From the NCBI GenBank assembly GCA_965208675.1, contig OZ242351.1, positions 3,840,001-3,904,000 of the forward strand: DNA of 64,000 bases, in the 5' to 3' direction. The notes beneath the pieces were generated by a model that saw only the letters and a program-made list of their open reading frames with translations, ran no database searches and was not told the DNA's origin. Made by a program: the position numbers and the translations under genes. Positions within the stretch are counted from its first letter, which is position 1. Every line of letters begins with the position of its first letter. Positions 1 to 9,399 of the stretch are shown one piece after another. The DNA comes from Candidatus Poribacteria bacterium (GTDB lineage: Bacteria; Poribacteria; WGA-4E; PCPOR2b).

Positions 1-1317
1 TTTATAGGCGGCGTCGACGGGGCCATTACCGGTGGAGGCTTCCTCAAAAACCCCGTCTTCCGTTCGGACGGCTACGGTTGTCGTCGAAGAAATTTTCGTG
101 CCACTGACAATTTGAATGTGCTCAATTTGGTAGGCTTCGGGAATTGAGCGAACCTCGTCTCTCATGATAGCCTCAAGGTCCGCATCGTGGACGGCTTTCT
201 TCTTATCTGCGACGACGAGAAAGCGTTCGTAGATTTTGTCGAGTTGCTCGGGTGTAGTCTCATAGCCGAGTTCATGGAGGCGGTGCCTGAGTGCGTTGCG
301 TCCGGATCTCGGGCTAAGGATAATCTGGCTCTCCTGCCAGCCGACATCTGACGGATCAATAATCTCGAAGGTATCTCGCTGCTTGATAACGCCATCCTGA
401 TGAATGCCAGAACTATGCGCGAAGGCATTGGCGCCAACGATGGCTTTGTTCGGTTGAACAGGTATTCCCATTGTCCGGCTAACACGGCGGCTTATCGGTA
501 CGATTTCTTTCGTATTGATGTCGGTGTAGTAGGCGCCAAAATAGTCTCTGCGTGTGCGGATTGCCATCACAATCTCCTCCAGCGATGTGTTGCCGGCGCG
601 TTCTCCAAGTCCGTTCATTGTGCATTCCACCTGCCTTGCCCCTCTTTCAATGGCTTCGAGACTATTGGCAACGGCGAGCCCGAGGTCGTTATGGCAGTGT
701 ACGCTGATGATTGCTTCATCAATGTTCGGCACATTCGCTTTGATGTCCGAAATGAGTTGTCCGAATTCAGCGGGGACAGTCCAACCCACCGTTTCGGGGA
801 TATTCACGATTGTTGCACCCGCCGCAATCGTCGCCTCGACCACTTCATACAGATAGCTCAACTCCGTGCGGCCTGCGTCCATCGGCGAAAATTCAACGAC
901 TGCATCGGGGTGGCCGGCAGACAGACTCTTCGCGTAGACGACTGCATCAACTGCCATTTTCAGCGTTTCTTCGGGTGATGTCCGCGTGATACGTTCCCTA
1001 TGAATTGGGGATGTTCCCACAAAGGTGTGGATGCGAGGCTTTGATGCGTCCTTAATCGCGCCCCAGGCAGCGGTAATATCCTTTTCTATCACTCGTGAAA
1101 GCCCACAAATTTCGGGCCCTTCAACCTCGTTGGCAATTCGCTTGACCGCATCAAAATCGCCGGGTGATGAGACAGGGAAACCCGCTTCAATGATGTCGAC
1201 ATTCAGTTTCGCTAGGTGTTTGGCAATTTCTAACTTTTCCTCAAAATTCAGTGCGGCGCCGGGGGTCTGCTCTGCATCTCGAAGAGTTGTATCAAAAATG
1301 TAAACTTTCTCAGACAC
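1..1317 (-). CDS. leuA: 2-isopropylmalate synthase (3' end runs off the window; in-frame upstream ATG at 1434 is an alternative start)
   Basis: Manual translation gives VYIFDTTLRDAEQTPG, VHCHNDLG, NGLGERAGN, AHSSGIHQDG and the regulatory-domain GNGPVDAAYK. GTG start follows a GGAG RBS. Missing from the ORF track because it is open at the window edge. Confidence 0.92.
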   Translation of the reverse strand, partial: MSEKVYIFDTTLRDAEQTPGAALNFEEKLEIAKHLAKLNVDIIEAGFPVSSPGDFDAVKRIANEVEGPEICGLSRVIEKDITAAWGAIKDASKPRIHTFVGTSPIHRERITRTSPEETLKMAVDAVVYAKSLSAGHPDAVVEFSPMDAGRTELSYLYEVVEATIAAGATIVNIPETVGWTVPAEFGQLISDIKANVPNIDEAIISVHCHNDLGLAVANSLEAIERGARQVECTMNGLGERAGNTSLEEIVMAIRTRRDYFGAYYTDINTKEIVPISRRVSRTMGIPVQPNKAIVGANAFAHSSGIHQDGVIKQRDTFEIIDPSDVGWQESQIILSPRSGRNALRHRLHELGYETTPEQLDKIYERFLVVADKKKAVHDADLEAIMRDEVRSIPEAYQIEHIQIVSGTKISSTTTVAVRTEDGVFEEASTGNGPVDAAYK

Positions 1318-1524
1318 TGTGTGATTCTCCTGTTTTGTGATTGTGTGATGTTTAGTACGATGTTCTATCGATTTTAGATTGGCTTCAGCGTTACGTAAAT
1401 CCGGTTCTTCGGTAGCCTTCAACCCCACTCTCATCACCTCCTCCCGTGATGCGTGATAGGCAGTGCCAGTGGCTCGTGCCCTGTTGCTAGTAGAAGCGTT
1501 TCTGCTGACCACCGGTCACTGATT

Positions 1525-2598
1525 TTAAACTCTAGCCAAGTTTTTATGTGCTTCCTTAAGCAAAGATGCGGTTGTTTGCAAATCGATGCAACTGTCAGTG
1601 ACAGAAACGCCGTACTCAAGCTCGGATGGATCAAAGCCAGTTAAGTCCGAAGGTATTTTCTGACTTCCAGCATTGATGTTTGATTCTAGCATGAATCCCA
1701 CAATTCCATCATTGCCGTCCCGAACCTGCCTCAACACTTCCTGAAAAACAATTGGTTGATTTCTATAGTCTTTCTCCGAATTTCCGTGGCTACAATCAAT
1801 TACGACGTTTGGCGGCAGATTTGCCTGTGTCAGCATCTGTTGAACATGCTCGATGCTTTGCGCATCATAATTTGAGTTGTTGCTGCCGCCTCTCATTACA
1901 ATATGTGTATATTGATTGCCCTTTGTCCGTACAATAGATGCATCGCCGGTTTCATCGATTCCCAAGAAAGTGTGTTCATGTTTCGTGGATAAAATCGCAT
2001 TAACAGCGACAGCGATGTCGCCGTGAGTGCTATTTTTGAAGCCGACCGGCATTGAAAGACCGGAAGCAAGTTGTCTATGTTGCGGTGACTCGGTTGTTCG
2101 CGCACCAATCGCCGCCCACGAAATTAAATCCGAATTGTATTGAGGTGTGAACGCCTCCAAATATTCAGTGGCACATGGCAGACCGATTTCAAGAACATCC
2201 ATGAGAATTCTTCTTGAGAGATGCAACCCGTCCTTGATATGCCCGCCTTCGTTCAGATAAGGGTCGTAGATTAAGCCCTTCCAGCCTAGACTCGTACGAG
2301 GTTTTTCAAAATAACATCTCAAGATTATCACTAAATGGTCCGAAACGGCATCGGCAATTTCTTTTAAGCCCGCAGCATAGTCGCGTGCAGCCTTAGGGTC
2401 ATGGATCGAACATGGTCCCACAATGACGACCTTTCTGGGGTCAGTTCTGTCCAAGATATTTTTTATGCTTTTTCTTCCATGTTCCATTGCCGAAGCCATT
2501 GTGTCTGTTCTTGGAAGATCAGTTAGCAATTGCTTCGGACTCATTAAGGCATCATAGCTCTTGATATTTTGGTCAATCGCACCGTTTTTTTCTGCCAC
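1525..2598 (-). CDS. 3-deoxy-7-phosphoheptulonate (DAHP) synthase, class I-alpha (AroF/G/H type)
   Basis: Motifs GPCSIHD, YFEKPRT.GWKG, IGARTTES, GFKN, DCSHGNS, YGVSVTDSC. Likely GTG start at 2598 after GGAGG (ORF track extends to 2703). Confidence 0.95.
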   Translation of the reverse strand: MAEKNGAIDQNIKSYDALMSPKQLLTDLPRTDTMASAMEHGRKSIKNILDRTDPRKVVIVGPCSIHDPKAARDYAAGLKEIADAVSDHLVIILRCYFEKPRTSLGWKGLIYDPYLNEGGHIKDGLHLSRRILMDVLEIGLPCATEYLEAFTPQYNSDLISWAAIGARTTESPQHRQLASGLSMPVGFKNSTHGDIAVAVNAILSTKHEHTFLGIDETGDASIVRTKGNQYTHIVMRGGSNNSNYDAQSIEHVQQMLTQANLPPNVVIDCSHGNSEKDYRNQPIVFQEVLRQVRDGNDGIVGFMLESNINAGSQKIPSDLTGFDPSELEYGVSVTDSCIDLQTTASLLKEAHKNLARV

Positions 2599-2650
2599 CG
2601 CTGCTTCCTCCGAATTTCCATGTAGTAGTCTTCGATACCGATATGTCTTG

Positions 2651-2695
2651 AAAATAAAAACGCCCACCACCGAGTTTTTGTTTCGATGATGGGCG
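2651..2695 (-). terminator. Attenuator terminator upstream of the DAHP synthase gene
   Basis: Minus strand reads CGCCCATCATCGA-loop-TCGGTGGTGGGCG then TTTTTATTTT. A second GCGGTGGTGGGC at 2749-2760 can pair with the 5' arm as an alternative structure. Confidence 0.8.
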
Positions 2696-2722
2696 ATTAT
2701 CAATCATTGAATGCTGGATTTT

Positions 2723-2875
2723 CTATGGCTCCTCCATTATCTCAGCTAGCCCACCACCGCAGCGTAAGTACAACAAAAACGTGAAAAGAACGAAGGAATA
2801 AAGATAAACCGTGTATGATGCGCCACTACTGTTGACATGGTTTTCCCGGACGGTGAGCGGTTGCATATTGAGCAT
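2723..2875 (-). CDS. Putative Tyr/Phe-rich attenuator leader peptide (50 aa)
   Basis: MLNMQPLTVRENHVNSSGASYTVYLYSFVLFTFLLYLRCGGGLAEIMEEP*, with AGGA upstream. An overlapping Phe-rich frame (2746-2838) also exists. Confidence 0.55.
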   Translation of the reverse strand: MLNMQPLTVRENHVNSSGASYTVYLYSFVLFTFLLYLRCGGGLAEIMEEP

Positions 2876-3018
2876 GTTCTTGTCTTCCTATGTTTGCTCC
2901 GGGGTAGTTTTCAGACCGCGCTACCCCAACATTTTGCGCTATCGATTGGTTCAATAAAACTGTAAACGCCGCAAAGGGCGAACTTCCTCTACGAACTTGA
3001 TACTCTTGAGTAAACCAT

Positions 3019-3048
3019 ATCTTAACAAACGTATTCGCAAGATGTCAA
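3019..3048 (-). promoter_or_regulatory. Sigma70-type promoter for the leader/DAHP synthase transcript
   Basis: TTGACA-18 nt-TAAGAT on the minus strand. Confidence 0.55.
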
Positions 3049-3060
3049 GGGAATTTTCGG

Positions 3061-3090
3061 TTGACAACCTTTTTTTCTAGGTGTTATAGT
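3061..3090 (+). promoter_or_regulatory. Sigma70-type promoter for serA
   Basis: TTGACA-18 nt-TATAGT with an extended -10 TG. Confidence 0.65.
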
Positions 3091-3128
3091 TACTTCACAC
3101 CATCTATCTGATTTGGAGGCACTGTAAT

Positions 3129-4712
3129 TTGAGAATTCTGGTCAGCGATTCGCTGTCGCAGCAAGGTTTGGACCTGCTATCAAAAGAAGAGGATTTTGAA
3201 GTCGATTTCAAAACGAACCTCATCCCGGATGAATTGGTAGAACGAATTGGAGATTATGATGCACTGATTATTCGAAGCGCAACAAAGGTGACGGACAAGG
3301 TTATCGAAGCAGCGAATCGTTTAAAAGTTATCGGGCGCGCTGGCGTCGGTGTAGACAATATCGAGTTGGACGCGGCAACACGGCGCGGCGTCCTCGTCGT
3401 CAATACGCCCGCAGGAAATACGATTTCCGCAGCGGAACACACGCTTACGCTAATGCTTGCCCTTTCGCGTAGAATTCTTTCCGCAGGTATTTCCCTCAGA
3501 AACGGCGAATGGATGCGCAGCAGATTTACCGGTGTTGAACTGTATGGTAAAGTTCTTGGCGTGATGGGATTAGGCCGAATCGGTTCCGAAGTAATTCGCC
3601 GCGCTCAGGCATTCGGCATGGAAACTATAGCATTTGACCCGTATATAACGTCTGGAGCCGCGGAGAAACAAGGTATACGCTTGGTGAAACGTGACAATCT
3701 GTTCGAGGAGGCGGATTATATCTCAGTCCATATCCCGCTTACCCCGGAGACATACCATAGTATTGGCGAACGTGAATTTTCGTTGATGAAGTCGGAATGC
3801 AGGCTAATTAACACAGCACGCGGCGGTATTATTGACGAAGATGAACTTTATAAGGCATTAAAGGCGGGACTCATTGCGGGAGCCGCACTTGATGTGTTTG
3901 AGGAAGAACCGCCCACTCGCAATCCGTTGCTAGTGTTAGACAATGTGTTAATGACGCCCCATTTAGGCGCATCAACTGCCGAAGCGCAGGTTCATGTTTC
4001 CGTTGAGGTTGCTCAGCAGGTGATTAATGCTTTGCGCGGGCTCCCTGTGTCAGGGGCAGTTAATCTCCCGAAAATGGATTGGCAGACAATCGAAGTTTTT
4101 GACCCTTATCTTACACTTGCAGAGAAGATTGGCAGCTTCCACGCGCAAATTGTCGACGGCCAAATTTCCGAAATAAATATTCATTACACCGGTAGTCTCT
4201 TTGATGAGACGGACGTTTCACTCATCACTGTGTCCCTTCAAAAGGGGTTGCTAACACCGGTACTACAAACGAACGTTAACTATGTGAACGCGCCATTCTT
4301 CATCAAACAACGCGGCATTCGGATTATCGAAACGAAAAGCAGAACGGATGGGAGTTTTGCAAACGCGATTTCGGTCACTGTCGTGACTGACCAGGGCGAG
4401 CGCGTTATCGAAGGTACTTCATTCGGACATCAGGAAGCGCGAATTGTACGTATAGATCAACATCATGTAAATGTAAAGCCCGGTGGTTACATGGTTTTGC
4501 TCTACAATAAAGACCAACCGGGGATGATTGGATTAGTGGGCACAATTTTGGGTGAAAATAATATCAATATTGCAGATATGACCGTTGGACGTTCAGAGGT
4601 CGGAGATCTTGCAGTTACAATTATTAACGTAGATAGCCCGGTTCCTCGTGATGTGCTTCAACACATTGAAAACCGTGATGAAATCTCATTCGTCAAACAG
4701 GTAAAGCTTTAG
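3129..4712 (+). CDS. serA: D-3-phosphoglycerate dehydrogenase (long type with ASB and ACT domains)
   Basis: GRAGVGVDNI, GLGRIG, NTARGG, TPHLGAST, C-terminal ACT domain (DQPGMIG). TTG start after GGAGG. Confidence 0.96.
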   Translation: MRILVSDSLSQQGLDLLSKEEDFEVDFKTNLIPDELVERIGDYDALIIRSATKVTDKVIEAANRLKVIGRAGVGVDNIELDAATRRGVLVVNTPAGNTISAAEHTLTLMLALSRRILSAGISLRNGEWMRSRFTGVELYGKVLGVMGLGRIGSEVIRRAQAFGMETIAFDPYITSGAAEKQGIRLVKRDNLFEEADYISVHIPLTPETYHSIGEREFSLMKSECRLINTARGGIIDEDELYKALKAGLIAGAALDVFEEEPPTRNPLLVLDNVLMTPHLGASTAEAQVHVSVEVAQQVINALRGLPVSGAVNLPKMDWQTIEVFDPYLTLAEKIGSFHAQIVDGQISEINIHYTGSLFDETDVSLITVSLQKGLLTPVLQTNVNYVNAPFFIKQRGIRIIETKSRTDGSFANAISVTVVTDQGERVIEGTSFGHQEARIVRIDQHHVNVKPGGYMVLLYNKDQPGMIGLVGTILGENNINIADMTVGRSEVGDLAVTIINVDSPVPRDVLQHIENRDEISFVKQVKL

Positions 4713-4792
4713 ATTTACCCGTGTAACATTGTATGACTTTGGGAGAGATGTGTCGACAGCCAAAACTTTGTTTAATGGACTCAGAATAGGTA

Positions 4793-6259
4793 ATGTACCG
4801 TTGGGGCGCCTACCGCGGTGAAGGGCGCCAAGCAAGGAGTGTGAGTTTGGATTCCGATGAAAAGTGTTTGTTTATCAATAGTCAAATACCAAAGGGAGGT
4901 TTATTTACTGGAGAAAAAAACGTAATTCATTCGGATAGTAACATACCATGGCGGTTGTCGCCGGAACCCTTCTGGCTTTCTCCGGCGGAATTGGAGTGGT
5001 TTGAGAAGCTAGGAGTTCATTTGTTGGATTTTTATCGAGTGTGTAATCTATTATACTCGCAAAGTGTGCGGGGTATTCAGCCAGAATGGGTTGCGGCGTA
5101 CCTCGATCAAGGGAAACCGGAACCGGTAGTCAATTATGGCAAAATGAACCGCATTAAGAGCCAATTCCCACAAGTCATCCGACCCGATGTGTTATCCACG
5201 GAAAATGGCATGATTATCGCCGAACTCGATTCCGTACCCGGCGGCATGGGATTCACTGGCAATTTAGCCATGCAGTACGCCAAACTCGATTACGACATTG
5301 TTGGCGGAAGCATTGGCATGGTTCTTGGTTTTGCGGAAATGATTAAATCTCTTACGAAACACGAACGTCCAACGCTGGCAATCGTCGTCTCAGAAGAGTC
5401 CAAAGATTATTGGGACGAAATGAAGTGGTTTGAGTCGGCACTTCGCGAAATTCCATTGGATGTTTACACGGTCAAACCTAACGATGTCCTCTTCACGGAA
5501 CATGGACTTTTTCTGGAATCCTGTCATAGTAAGGTAAAAATTGATGTGCTCTACCGCTTCTTTGAACTGTTCGACCTGAAGAACATCCCGAAAGCCGAGT
5601 TGATGCTCTACGGCGCAAAGAAAAGAACGGTTGTCATGACGCCCCCGCCGAAAGTGTACCTCGAGGAGAAATTACTTTTCGCTCTGTTCCACCATCCTAC
5701 ATTGCAGCCGTTCTGGCGCCGAGAACTTAGTAAAGAATCTTACGAATTGCTAACGAACCTCATTCCACAAACATGGGTGCTTGATCCCCGCGAATTGCCG
5801 CCCCATGCAATAATTCCGAATCTTGAGATTGATGGGATGCCCGTTACCAATTGGCGGCAGATTACCCCCGTGACACAGCGTCAACGCCGGCTTGTGATTA
5901 AACCCTCAGGATTCTCGGAGTTGGCATGGGGGAGCCGCGGCGTTGTCATTGGACACGATCTGTCGACCGAAGATTGGGAGAAAGCTGTGGAGAACAGCTT
6001 AGCGAGTTTCCATCGAACGCCCTACATACTTCAACAGTTCCATAAGGCTAAACGTGTTCGGATGGAATACTACGATTTTAATACCGGTCAAGTGCGTGCT
6101 ATGGCAGGCAGAGCATTGCTTCGGCCCTACTATTTCATAACGGGGGAAAAGGTGCGCCTTGGTGGGATCCAGGCGAACATATGCCCCGCGGACAAAAAGT
6201 TGCTGCACGGCATGGTCGATTCAATCATTGTGCCTTGTGCGCTCAAGCCTGCTGCTTAG
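4793..6259 (+). CDS. Conserved hypothetical protein, ATP-grasp/glutathionylspermidine-synthase-like ligase
   Basis: RPD..., ELDSVPGG, KPSGFSELAWGSRGV and YILQQF resemble ATP-grasp amide ligases. True start is probably ~4840. Confidence 0.6.
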   Translation: MYRWGAYRGEGRQARSVSLDSDEKCLFINSQIPKGGLFTGEKNVIHSDSNIPWRLSPEPFWLSPAELEWFEKLGVHLLDFYRVCNLLYSQSVRGIQPEWVAAYLDQGKPEPVVNYGKMNRIKSQFPQVIRPDVLSTENGMIIAELDSVPGGMGFTGNLAMQYAKLDYDIVGGSIGMVLGFAEMIKSLTKHERPTLAIVVSEESKDYWDEMKWFESALREIPLDVYTVKPNDVLFTEHGLFLESCHSKVKIDVLYRFFELFDLKNIPKAELMLYGAKKRTVVMTPPPKVYLEEKLLFALFHHPTLQPFWRRELSKESYELLTNLIPQTWVLDPRELPPHAIIPNLEIDGMPVTNWRQITPVTQRQRRLVIKPSGFSELAWGSRGVVIGHDLSTEDWEKAVENSLASFHRTPYILQQFHKAKRVRMEYYDFNTGQVRAMAGRALLRPYYFITGEKVRLGGIQANICPADKKLLHGMVDSIIVPCALKPAA

Positions 6260-6427
6260 CTCGCCAGGACTAATGCCGCCCACCGTGAATCCTAATTGGA
6301 AACAACATGAAATGAGTTGACAAGTGTTGATGTGGTCGCGTCTTATGCGAATGGTGCGGGTGTCAGACTGTCAATTCCTGCACCCGTCAATTATTCCACT
6401 GTTTCACTTTACCTCTAAAACATAAGG

Positions 6428-8089
6428 TTATTTGAAAAACAGATCGAAATGCGCAAAGCATGCCATATCGGGGCGCTGAACGCCATATGCCGCCGCTGTG
6501 ATTCCGAGTTGTAGATTCGGGTGCTCCTTATGCAAATAATCAGCGAACGCAAAAATCCAGTGATACATTCCGCCGATGGATTCTCTGCGGCTGTAATGCG
6601 CATGGTGGAATGCGCCACAGCCTTTTAAGGTACTGTCTTCGGTGCCAAGTACCGGCTGATCGAAAATAAGGACATCCGCCCGGGTTTCTTTGAGCAGCGC
6701 CTTAACAGCCTGTATCAGGTAGTTGCCGTACTCGCTTAAAATACAATAAGTCGCGGTATGGTTTTTGGGGATTTCCAATTTTGTTGCTTGCATCCTTTCA
6801 TTCAGTTGTCCCACTTCCGCTGTACTTCTACTTGCCTTTATCTGTCCTCCGTTACTTCTTCCTATTTTCTCTTGCCTATCAAATGACGACCGATTAATTT
6901 CTGGCGTTGGCTTAAGTTGCCACGCGGGTTCATTTAGAAACGCTTTGTTAATTTCAGCAAGCGGGATTCGAATCCCGAACTTTCCTCCATGGCCATGCAC
7001 ATGTTTTCCCATCTGCTTCAATCTGGGTAGACTATTGATGTTCCAGTCATAATCGACCATGATTAGATTTCCGTTAAATTTCTGTGTTGGCACGCGATAG
7101 TGAGGACTGATTTGCGCCCATGTGATTTGGGCAGGTATTTCTTTTGCCGGGAGGAGAGGTGCCGCTATAAAACCGTTAAGTTTTTCACTCACGGCGGTTT
7201 GAGCATTTCCCCGAAAGAGCATCGTCCAAACCTTGGGTGAATTGACTGTTTCTTTAGGGGGCACACGTATTTCGGCACCGTTCGCATGCGATGTTGGTTT
7301 TAGTGCGATTGATATCGTATTCTTATCTGAGTAGACATGATAGTGTTTGAGGAGGCCTGGACTTTCATTTCCCAGCACGATACCGCCATTGAAGTTACTA
7401 TTTTGGACAATTACGAACGGCTCCGTTGAACCGCCTGCCCAAGATTCCGGCTGAGCTTGTGTTAAACCGTTCCTCCAGATTTGGGGATTATCCACTCTCC
7501 CTGCGGCGAATGAAAGGGATTCAATTTCTATGTCCTCAACAAAAAACGCCGAATCCGTAAGATTCTGGATCGACAACCACTTACGAATAACCGGTGAGTT
7601 TGGTGAAATTTCATAGTGGACTTTCAGGTGAAAATCCGGAGATTCTGAAACGTGAGTGATTTGAATTGTGATCCGTCTCACTCCAAATCGTTGCTCAATC
7701 CGATGTGAATTATAGGCAAGTTCCTTACTAATTCCGGAAAAAATTGTCTCCCCAACCCGAAAGCGAAATTCCTCGTTCGGCAATTCGACGTAATTTTTAC
7801 CCGAGGGTTTGAAAGTGTAGCGGACGGTCTGGCATGAGTTCAAGTCAATCCATCGCTCCATCCAGCGGTTCCCCATGTAAAGCACATTGTTTTTGGCGTC
7901 GAAACCGGCATAATGTCCAACTGTCGTTAGAGGCTGAAGGTAGCTTCTTAGGTCAGCAGTCGAGATTGAAGTCTTTTGTGTGCTGCACGCCGGCAATCCG
8001 ATACCACTTAAGATTAGTAGAACATAGGTTAGCCGGGATTGAAGTTCTTGATTCAACTGGATATGCCTGATAAATGGTGTGGCAATCAT
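6428..8089 (-). CDS. Hypothetical lipoprotein, possibly glycoside hydrolase (GH36-like) related
   Basis: Lipobox-like LPAC. N-terminal beta-sandwich (YEI.P..PVIRKWL.I.N) and a C-terminal barrel-like part. Catalytic residues not confirmed. Confidence 0.45.
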   Translation of the reverse strand: MIATPFIRHIQLNQELQSRLTYVLLILSGIGLPACSTQKTSISTADLRSYLQPLTTVGHYAGFDAKNNVLYMGNRWMERWIDLNSCQTVRYTFKPSGKNYVELPNEEFRFRVGETIFSGISKELAYNSHRIEQRFGVRRITIQITHVSESPDFHLKVHYEISPNSPVIRKWLSIQNLTDSAFFVEDIEIESLSFAAGRVDNPQIWRNGLTQAQPESWAGGSTEPFVIVQNSNFNGGIVLGNESPGLLKHYHVYSDKNTISIALKPTSHANGAEIRVPPKETVNSPKVWTMLFRGNAQTAVSEKLNGFIAAPLLPAKEIPAQITWAQISPHYRVPTQKFNGNLIMVDYDWNINSLPRLKQMGKHVHGHGGKFGIRIPLAEINKAFLNEPAWQLKPTPEINRSSFDRQEKIGRSNGGQIKASRSTAEVGQLNERMQATKLEIPKNHTATYCILSEYGNYLIQAVKALLKETRADVLIFDQPVLGTEDSTLKGCGAFHHAHYSRRESIGGMYHWIFAFADYLHKEHPNLQLGITAAAYGVQRPDMACFAHFDLFFK

Positions 8090-8341
8090 ACACTAAGATT
8101 ATCAGAGAGGAGGTAGGGTGGCGGCATGGCAAATCATAGCACAATTTGAGGCTTTACACCAGTCACTTCAAAGAGATTTTTCTGTTTTACGGATGACGGA
8201 AATCCGTGTAGTGAATTTTTGCCGAAAAATTATTCGATTGAGAGACGGCGAATATTTTATGACTGTGTGCCGGCCAAGTTCGTGCTCAAAAATATATGTG
8301 TTTTGATGTTATGTTAGATTTTTCGTGTTTCCCTAAGTGTC

Positions 8342-8371
8342 TTGACTATCGCCGAGGGGTACGAGTATAAT
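8342..8371 (+). promoter_or_regulatory. Sigma70-type promoter
   Basis: TTGACT-18 nt-TATAAT upstream of 8448. Confidence 0.55.
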
Positions 8372-8447
8372 ACGGAGAGGTTTACAACGTTAAGTGCTAT
8401 GGCCGTGACAATTCAAATTCTCAATACCTCTACATTGGGAGACAGCG

Positions 8448-9131
8448 ATGATGAAGAAAACCGTTGGTATGATTTCGGCGCTCTTATTGTTTTGCGCTGC
8501 TGCGCCGTCAAGTCGTGCGTTGATCGATGATTTCGACGATGGCAAATTTGATGGTTGGAAGGTGCAGTCAGGAATTTGGAAGGTCAAAAACGGGGAACTC
8601 AATTATAAGGGCGGAAGTGGAATTTGTGGGGCTTCATTGTATTATGAAGAAGGTTTAGAATGGACGGACTACGAGTTTGAAGTTGATATGAAGTTTACTA
8701 CTCGCAATGATTGGCCGGGTGGCATTCGTGTGCGGCTGAATCCGGATACCGGCGGGAGTTACTTTACGTGGGTATATCCTACGCAGACCGCAATTATGGT
8801 CTACATTGCAAATGCCTGGGACTGCAATAATAACAGAGGTATAGCACAAAGACGTGCTTGGGAACCGCCCGAATTGGGCGAATGGGGTCAATTGAAAATG
8901 GTGGTCGAAGGGAGAGAGATTCAGTCGTGGTGGAATGGCGAGGAGATCCTTTCCATCAAAGACAAGGCTTGGGAGAGGGGCACTATTTCTTTCACCACAT
9001 TCACTGAAGACGTATTCTTCGATAATGTCCGTGTCGCTGGACCGGGAATCCCGCTGGATCCGGGTGAAGCTGTTGAGCCAGAAGGGAAGCTGACAACCAC
9101 TTGGGGCAAGCTCAAAGCCAGTCATAGTTGA
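8448..9131 (+). CDS. Secreted concanavalin-like (DUF1080/LamG-type) protein with C-terminal AVEPEGKLTTTWGKLK motif
   Basis: Signal peptide, DDFDDG...W...G.W, WTDYEFEVD, FDNVRV, and the C-terminal motif typical of Poribacteria secreted proteins. Confidence 0.8.
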   Translation: MMKKTVGMISALLLFCAAAPSSRALIDDFDDGKFDGWKVQSGIWKVKNGELNYKGGSGICGASLYYEEGLEWTDYEFEVDMKFTTRNDWPGGIRVRLNPDTGGSYFTWVYPTQTAIMVYIANAWDCNNNRGIAQRRAWEPPELGEWGQLKMVVEGREIQSWWNGEEILSIKDKAWERGTISFTTFTEDVFFDNVRVAGPGIPLDPGEAVEPEGKLTTTWGKLKASHS

Positions 9132-9399
9132 ATAGCAGCGATTCAATTCCGAAGTTTCCTGACACGCTCGGAATCCCTTTTATCTAATTCACCAGCGGGC
9201 GCGTTTCTTTTGTTGGCAAGACGGCGATTTTGAACGGAGAGGTAAAGAGTCTTTCGGCGATCGGGTTTTTTTGGGCGTTTTCCGCAACCATGGACTCCCG
9301 TGTAGTGTCCTGCCGGTGAGACGTGTGCCTTCCCTTTTACGGCTTCCCGGACAGAATCCGGCCCAAAATGCCGGATGTTCAGTACAAGGAGTATCGGCC

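Noticed and set aside
162-1303. ORFs 162-485, 400-978, 554-856 and 1025-1303
   Set aside because: Shadow or alternative frames of leuA.
1434-1634. Leu-rich leader peptide (LLL) for leuA
   Set aside because: No nearby start codon with RBS in that frame and no terminator hairpin before leuA.
2700-2900. T-box riboswitch
   Set aside because: Contains GGTGG but lacks the GGTGGNACC T-box consensus and recognisable stem I motifs; a leader-peptide attenuator fits better.
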